A stretch of DNA of 64,000 nucleotides from Waterburya sp. (GTDB lineage: Bacteria > Cyanobacteriota > Cyanobacteriia > Cyanobacteriales > Xenococcaceae): assembly GCA_965217895.1 (NCBI GenBank), contig CBDCJV010000002.1, forward strand, positions 2,432,001 through 2,496,000, read 5' to 3'. Both the position numbers and the translations under genes were made by a program. The notes beneath the pieces were generated by a model, which saw nothing but the letters and a program-made list of their open reading frames with translations, did not search any database and had not been told where the DNA came from. Every line of letters begins with the position of its first letter. Position 1 is the first letter of the stretch. Shown one piece after another: positions 58,732 to 64,000 of this stretch.

Positions 58732-59463
58732 TTGGCTAGAATAAGCAAAACTCAATATTCTAATATTACTAAATACTACAAATTGATTAATAAATTTTAT
58801 CGACGAAAATATCAGCTAGGAATATTTTCGTTTTTGATGGCGATCGCCTTAATTTCAAGTGTTGTATTTAGTCCTGTAGCTACAGCTAGACTGTTCGATG
58901 GGCCAGTAGATATTTTGCCTTTGGAACAGAGGGTTTCTTTGCGAGACGGCGAAGTTGTTTTTTTGGGAACAGACGGTAAGTACACCTGTCGTATACTCGT
59001 AAAATCTTCAGTAGATACTGCTTGGAAAGTTATCACTGATTACGGTCACTTTGCCGAATTTCTGCCAGGGGTTATAAGTAGCCGAGTGGTGGAAAAACTT
59101 GGCGATCGCCAAGTTTTTGAACAGATTAATAAAATCAAGACTTTTGTTTTTAGTATTGAGTCGCGAGTGAAAATTGCCACCAGGGAGTATTATCCCAAGC
59201 AAATTACTTTTCAGGCAGTAGGTGGAGATTTAAAAACCTTAAATGGAGAATGGATTTTAGAGCCAGTAGCTACTTCCCCCAGCCTTCCCCCCGACAAAGT
59301 TTTAATGACCTATAAGGTAACGGTAAAACCTGCTAAAGTACCTAGTGATATATTTTTCGGCATCTATGAAAAACGCTTGCAAGAAACCATAATAGCAATT
59401 AAACAAGAAACAGAAAAACGTTCAGGTAAGGAGGAAGAATCCATCAACTCAACCAAAAGTTGA
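58732..59463 (+). CDS. SRPBCC/START (polyketide cyclase-like) protein
   Basis: AWKVITDYGHFAEFLPGV, GDLKTLNGEW. True start probably lies downstream. Confidence 0.8.
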   Translation: MARISKTQYSNITKYYKLINKFYRRKYQLGIFSFLMAIALISSVVFSPVATARLFDGPVDILPLEQRVSLRDGEVVFLGTDGKYTCRILVKSSVDTAWKVITDYGHFAEFLPGVISSRVVEKLGDRQVFEQINKIKTFVFSIESRVKIATREYYPKQITFQAVGGDLKTLNGEWILEPVATSPSLPPDKVLMTYKVTVKPAKVPSDIFFGIYEKRLQETIIAIKQETEKRSGKEEESINSTKS

Positions 59464-59802
59464 CTCATTCCAGCCCCACATATAGCCTTTGGCATCAGCA
59501 AATTCAATATAGATGCGGCTAGTTGGAACGCTTAATTTCTCACTAATTTGCTGACAAAAATCTTGGCTCATGGTTTTGGTTTGAGATGAACTCATATTGC
59601 CAACACTTTTGATCTCCACATAGCAAACAGGCTCGAATGTACCTGCAAAAGTCATGGGTACATCGGCTTCAAAAGCTGTCATCACATAAGATTCTGGCTT
59701 GCCAAGGTGTTCGGCTAGCTTTGCCGATAGTCCCGTTAACAAGCTGGCAACTGCTGTACTTTCAGGCTGGGAGACAGAAGACTGAACTTTTATTAAAGGC
59801 AT
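59449..59802 (-). CDS. MIF / phenylpyruvate tautomerase family protein
   Basis: N-terminal catalytic Pro (MPLIKVQ), LGKPESYVM, RIYIEF, WGWNESTF. Confidence 0.93.
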   Translation of the reverse strand: MPLIKVQSSVSQPESTAVASLLTGLSAKLAEHLGKPESYVMTAFEADVPMTFAGTFEPVCYVEIKSVGNMSSSQTKTMSQDFCQQISEKLSVPTSRIYIEFADAKGYMWGWNESTFG

Positions 59803-60111
59803 AATAATTTTTTGGCGTTAATGATTAAAAGTATGAAACCGCTAATAGTACTATTCGTAGCTTTTGGCTTTCGATCATTATCATAAGAACGATGATTTAG
59901 ATCATCATACCTCGATTCCCCAACGCCGATTTTCTTACTTTAGATCCTGGGTTTCGATCTTGTCATAATTGATAAATTAATGTGGTCTACCCAATTGAAA
60001 ATTGCTGTAAAAGCGATCGCTGCTAGGCGAGCAAACAAAAGTGAAATTAAAATGTCTATTTCAGTAGTTAAAAGTAAAGTAGGGAATAGAGAATAATTAA
60101 ACAATCATTAC

Positions 60112-60678
60112 TTAACGACAATTATCTGCCCTCGCATCTAATAAAGTTTGGTTTACTTGGTATTCTTCAAGGTTCACTTGGCGATCGAGTAAAGCAATAC
60201 TGGCTGCTTGAGAAAGTGCTGTTGTTGCTACATCTGCATCTAAGTCTTTGACTAAGCGATCTATAGACTCATCCAGTCCTAGTCTCTGTAACAGAAAATG
60301 AATTTCTGACCACTCAATAGCGCGGTCGGGATTACTTATTTGAATAGCATAGGCAAGAATACGTTGATATTTCGTTTCTTGGTCGGGGGGAATCAAACTA
60401 GAGTGAAAATCAGCAGTTATTTCTGTTGTTTCTGAAGAGTCTTGACTAAGATTGACCAAGATTTCTTGCCAGTCAGTGCGATTGCTATTCTCAGGCTGAT
60501 CTACAGTGATTGACACTTTAATTTTGTCTTTTACTGCATCTAGTTGAGTAACTTTGGCTTCTACTCCTAAAAAACCTAATCATTTGGCAATAGTTTTGAT
60601 CAAAGTTATTTTGGTTGCTTTGCTTTTAGCCAACAAACTGATTTGAGTGACCATCGGACGGACTATTTGGGAAAGCAT
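60112..60678 (-). pseudogene. Hypothetical (TerB-like C-terminus) gene interrupted by one in-frame TGA
   Basis: From ATG 60678: MLSQIVRPMVTQISLLAKSKATKITLIKTIAK*LGFLGVEAKVTQLDAVKDKIKVSITVDQP..., in frame with the 60112-60516 ORF. TGA at 60582-60580. Confidence 0.7.
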
Positions 60679-60828
60679 ATATCGTAGTTTTCTCTAGTTT
60701 TAGAAAGTGATGGAGTTTGATTGAGTAGTAAATACGAGGAATGGATAAATTGCTTTCATTTTATGTTGAATTGAAAATTAATATATTAATATCTTGATAA
60801 ATCTCGATCAATAATTATCAGTTCTTTA

Positions 60829-61053
60829 TTATTTACTACGCGAACCTTTAGTTAAGTAAGCTAAAGTAAATGTGCTTAAAAATATCATAGACATAGAATA
60901 AAAATTATTGATGCTGGCAGCAGTAATTAATACTACAAAAACTACTAAATATTTACATTTAAGATCAAAAATTGTAATATTACCTAATAATGACCCATCT
61001 TTTTGCTGACGAAAATTGCAATTTAATCTACTAATTATTTTTTCTCTCTTCAT
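60829..61053 (-). CDS. Small hypothetical membrane protein
   Basis: 74 aa with two hydrophobic stretches, same strand as its neighbours, very AT-rich. Confidence 0.45.
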   Translation of the reverse strand: MKREKIISRLNCNFRQQKDGSLLGNITIFDLKCKYLVVFVVLITAASINNFYSMSMIFLSTFTLAYLTKGSRSK

Positions 61054-61104
61054 TTTTTATTTATTTCTTACTTTGATACATTCATTACGTTTACTAAGTG
61101 ACAA

Positions 61105-61302
61105 TTAGTCTGTCTCTTCGCGATCGCGATTTTGCTGCATTGCTTCATAACCAACGCCGATCGCAAAACCCAGCCCAGACCCCACTACAATGGCAGCGGG
61201 TCTTCTAGACTCTTTCTCGGCAATATGGGCAACTACTAATCCTAATAAAGCACCACACAAGGCGGTCATGATTCCTGAGAAAATTAGCATTCTAATATTC
61301 AT
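61105..61302 (-). CDS. Small two-TM hypothetical protein
   Basis: LIFSGIMTALCGALLGL and AIVVGSGLGFAIGVG helices. Confidence 0.75.
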   Translation of the reverse strand: MNIRMLIFSGIMTALCGALLGLVVAHIAEKESRRPAAIVVGSGLGFAIGVGYEAMQQNRDREETD

Positions 61303-61314
61303 AGTTTTAAAAAG

Positions 61315-61407
61315 TTATAAAAATACAAACGAACAAATTAAGATGACAATTGTTAGAAAAAACAAGCCATTATTCATCCAGTCATTAAGATTCCATTCTT
61401 TAAACAT
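61315..61407 (-). CDS. Putative 30-aa single-TM protein after the RND gene
   Basis: MFKEWNLNDWMNNGLFFLTIVILICSFVFL*. Starts 18 nt after the RND stop and ends 12 nt before the next ATG. Confidence 0.5.
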   Translation of the reverse strand: MFKEWNLNDWMNNGLFFLTIVILICSFVFL

Positions 61408-61425
61408 TTTGTTAATTGTTAGCTG

Positions 61426-64000
61426 TTAGTTATTAGTTGTTGATTCTTGTTCTGCATTTTCTTCTTGTCTGTTACTCCCATTATGATTACTATTAGCTCG
61501 GTCTTCTGATTCTTGCTGTGTCTCTTCCCGTCTTTCTTGCTCCTTGTCTTTCTTTCTACCTCCTTTTAAGAAAGACTCTTCAAAATCTTTAATAACGATG
61601 TAAAGAATAGGTACAAAGATTAGACTCAAGACAGTTGCCACTATCATTCCGCCAAAGACCGCCGTACCCAACGACCAGCGACTTACCGCCCCAGCACCAG
61701 AGGCAATCACCAGCGGCATAAAACCGAATATAGCAGCAATTGCAGTCATTAAAATTGGTCGAAAACGTTGCTCCGAAGCGTAAATAGAAGCTTTTGTGAT
61801 ACTCATGCCCAAATCGCGGTTTTGATTGGCAAATTCCACAATTAGAATCGCGTTTTTACTCGCTATACCGACCAACATAAGCAATCCTACTTGGACATAG
61901 ATATTGTTGTCCAAAACGGGATAAACGCCTCCAGCCTGTAAAAAAGTCGCCCGAAGCCAAGTTGCACCCAATGCACCTAAGACAGACAGAGGCACGGTGA
62001 GCATGATAATTAAAGGGTCGATATAACTTTCGTATTGGGCTGCTAGCACCAAGAAAACCATCACAAAACTTAAGCCAAACACTAAAGGTGCAGAACCCCC
62101 AGAAGTTTTTTGTTCGGCGGCGGTGCTTGTCCACTCATAACCGAAACCTGGTTGCAGAGTAGCTGTAGTCGCTTCTTCCATTGCTTTGATTGCCTGTCCA
62201 GAACTGTAGCCATCGGCAGGAGAGACATTGATCTTAATCGCTGGGTATACATTGTAGTGGGTAAGAATCGGGGGAGAGGAAGTTTTCTGAGCCTTTAACA
62301 GTTCACCTATTGGAATTGAATTCCCATCACGAGAGCGCACATAGAGGCTGTCGATATCATCAGGATTACTACGACTTGCTGCTTCTGCTTGAGCATATAC
62401 GCGGTATAGCCTGCCATCTAGCACAAACTGATTGACATAGTTAGAACCAAGATAGGTTTGTAGAGTGCTAATGATTTCGTTGACATCGACATTTTGCGCA
62501 TTAGCTTTGTCGCGATCAATATTTGCTTCGAGCATCGGACCGTCAAAGGTAAAGGTGGTTATTGCTTGACCAATTTCGGGTCTTTTGCTGGCTGCGGCAA
62601 TTACCTGTTGAGTATTAGTAATTAGACCATCAATTCCCTTTCCCTGACGGTCTTCGATGTAAATTTCCGAACCACCAAAGTTACTCAAGCCATCTACAGG
62701 AGGAGCATTAACGCCAATCACTCTGGCACCACCAATATTTTGTTGAAACTCTTGGTTTACTTGTTGCAAAAGTCCAAACACCGAGCTAGAATTTCCAGTT
62801 CGCTCATCCCAAGGAATAAGCTTGGCGAATACAATCGCTTTGTTGCTATTTTGACCTTCAAAAGAAAATCCCGTCAGTCCCACAGAGTTCTGCACTTTTT
62901 TATGTCCCATAACTATCTTTGCTACCTGTTTAGTAATGTTATGGGTGTAGCTCAAGGAAACTCCTGGAGGTGCTTCAATAATGTTAATGAAATAGCCCTG
63001 ATCCTCTTCGGGAATAAATCCTTGGGGCAAACTAATATAAGTCCAGCCTGTCAGTACTAAAGCACCAATAAATACCGCGATGACCAATAGCTTTAAGCCA
63101 GTCAAAAATTCAATCAAACCTCGGTAACGATCTTTGATCCAGTCAAAGCCACGGTTAAACCGAGGAAATAGCCAGCCTAAAGGTCCTTTTACGGGTTCTG
63201 GGGGACGCAGAAATATCCCTGACATGGCAGGAGAAAAACTTATCGCATTAAAGAAAGAAAAAATCATTGCAAAAGCTATAGTCAAGCCAAACTGTTTGTA
63301 AACAATTCCCGTCGTACCAGGAAAAAAAGTCACGGGAATAAACACAGCTAATAAAACTATCGAGGTAGCAAATATTGCTCCCGCCAATTCTCCCATTGCA
63401 TCTAAAGCTGCCTGTTGAGGACGCATTCCCCGAGATAATTTACTTACTACTGCTTCGACAACAATAATACCGTCATCTACCACCAAACCCGTTGCTAGTA
63501 CACAGGCAAATAAGGTTAATTGATTGAGAGTAAACCCAAAAGCTTCTAGGGCAATCATTGCCCCAACTAGAGATACAGGAATAGCGATCGCGGGAATTAG
63601 AGTAGTACGCCAGTCCTGGAGAAAGAGAAAGATAATTAATATTACTAGGGCGATCGCTTGGATTAGAGTTATTACTATGTCTTTGAGAGAAGCATTGATA
63701 AATGAGGTGTTATCAGTAACCACTGCTGCTTTTAAACCTCTAGGAAAACTTGTTTCTTTTAATTCTGCCATTTTCGCTTTAATCGCCGAGGCAGTATCCA
63801 GGGCATTTGTCCCAGGAAGCTGATTAATAACCAATGCCACTGCGGGATCTTTTGCATCAAATACGGCTTTGGTAAAATAATTTTCTACTCCCAGTTCGGC
63901 TCGTCCAATATCTTTAACTTTAATGAGCGTACCGTCTGTTCCTACTTGTACGACGATAGCTTCTGCTTCTTCGGCTGTAGTAAAACGCCCGTTGACCTGC
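61426..64000 (-). CDS. HAE1-family RND efflux permease (AcrB-like), 5' part outside the window
   Basis: GLVVDDGIIVVE, FIPEEDQG, VFLVLAAQYES, SKNAILIVEFA, RFRPILMT. The frame stays open to the window edge. Confidence 0.95.
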   Translation of the reverse strand, partial: QVNGRFTTAEEAEAIVVQVGTDGTLIKVKDIGRAELGVENYFTKAVFDAKDPAVALVINQLPGTNALDTASAIKAKMAELKETSFPRGLKAAVVTDNTSFINASLKDIVITLIQAIALVILIIFLFLQDWRTTLIPAIAIPVSLVGAMIALEAFGFTLNQLTLFACVLATGLVVDDGIIVVEAVVSKLSRGMRPQQAALDAMGELAGAIFATSIVLLAVFIPVTFFPGTTGIVYKQFGLTIAFAMIFSFFNAISFSPAMSGIFLRPPEPVKGPLGWLFPRFNRGFDWIKDRYRGLIEFLTGLKLLVIAVFIGALVLTGWTYISLPQGFIPEEDQGYFINIIEAPPGVSLSYTHNITKQVAKIVMGHKKVQNSVGLTGFSFEGQNSNKAIVFAKLIPWDERTGNSSSVFGLLQQVNQEFQQNIGGARVIGVNAPPVDGLSNFGGSEIYIEDRQGKGIDGLITNTQQVIAAASKRPEIGQAITTFTFDGPMLEANIDRDKANAQNVDVNEIISTLQTYLGSNYVNQFVLDGRLYRVYAQAEAASRSNPDDIDSLYVRSRDGNSIPIGELLKAQKTSSPPILTHYNVYPAIKINVSPADGYSSGQAIKAMEEATTATLQPGFGYEWTSTAAEQKTSGGSAPLVFGLSFVMVFLVLAAQYESYIDPLIIMLTVPLSVLGALGATWLRATFLQAGGVYPVLDNNIYVQVGLLMLVGIASKNAILIVEFANQNRDLGMSITKASIYASEQRFRPILMTAIAAIFGFMPLVIASGAGAVSRWSLGTAVFGGMIVATVLSLIFVPILYIVIKDFEESFLKGGRKKDKEQERREETQQESEDRANSNHNGSNRQEENAEQESTTNN

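Noticed and set aside
59940..60104. Possible short minus-strand ORF or remnant between the MIF gene and the split gene
   Set aside because: No good start or RBS and no recognisable similarity.
1..64000. Very frequent GCGATCGC octamer
   Set aside because: This is HIP1, a well-known genome-wide cyanobacterial feature and not locus-specific.

Overview
This is a roughly 40% GC cyanobacterial chromosome segment. Evidence: psaL/psaI, psb32, ocp-frp, cpcF, tic22, a bciB-type 8-vinyl reductase and a dense HIP1 octamer GCGATCGC. A Pleurocapsales-like host is my impression only. Most of the window is housekeeping and photosynthesis genes (hisZ, suhB, ddl, gltA, ftsW, prmC, tsaC, folB, recF, queA, a clpC paralogue, an RND permease). 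Accessory-looking parts are a PrlF-YhaV toxin-antitoxin pair, a 1606-aa caspase/STAND-NTPase/TM/WD40 NLR-like protein, a three-glycosyltransferase cassette behind cpcF, a tandem pseudokinase-TM-TPR protein and a degenerate REC-GGDEF-EAL protein. Reading outside the ORF track added several features: psaI; a deletion scar joining ppsA and metallophosphoesterase remnants; an EI24/CysZ-like remnant; a gene split by one in-frame TGA; two small ORFs; tandem HLR1-like sites before ocp; and many MITE-like, REP-like and nested small repeats. I found no rRNA, tRNA, CRISPR array, transposase, integrase or reverse transcriptase. I cannot point to a clearly new multi-gene system. The best leads are the caspase-STAND-WD40 receptor, the glycosyltransferase cassette, the pseudokinase receptor and the nested repeat architecture. 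All family assignments come from motif recognition, not database searches.
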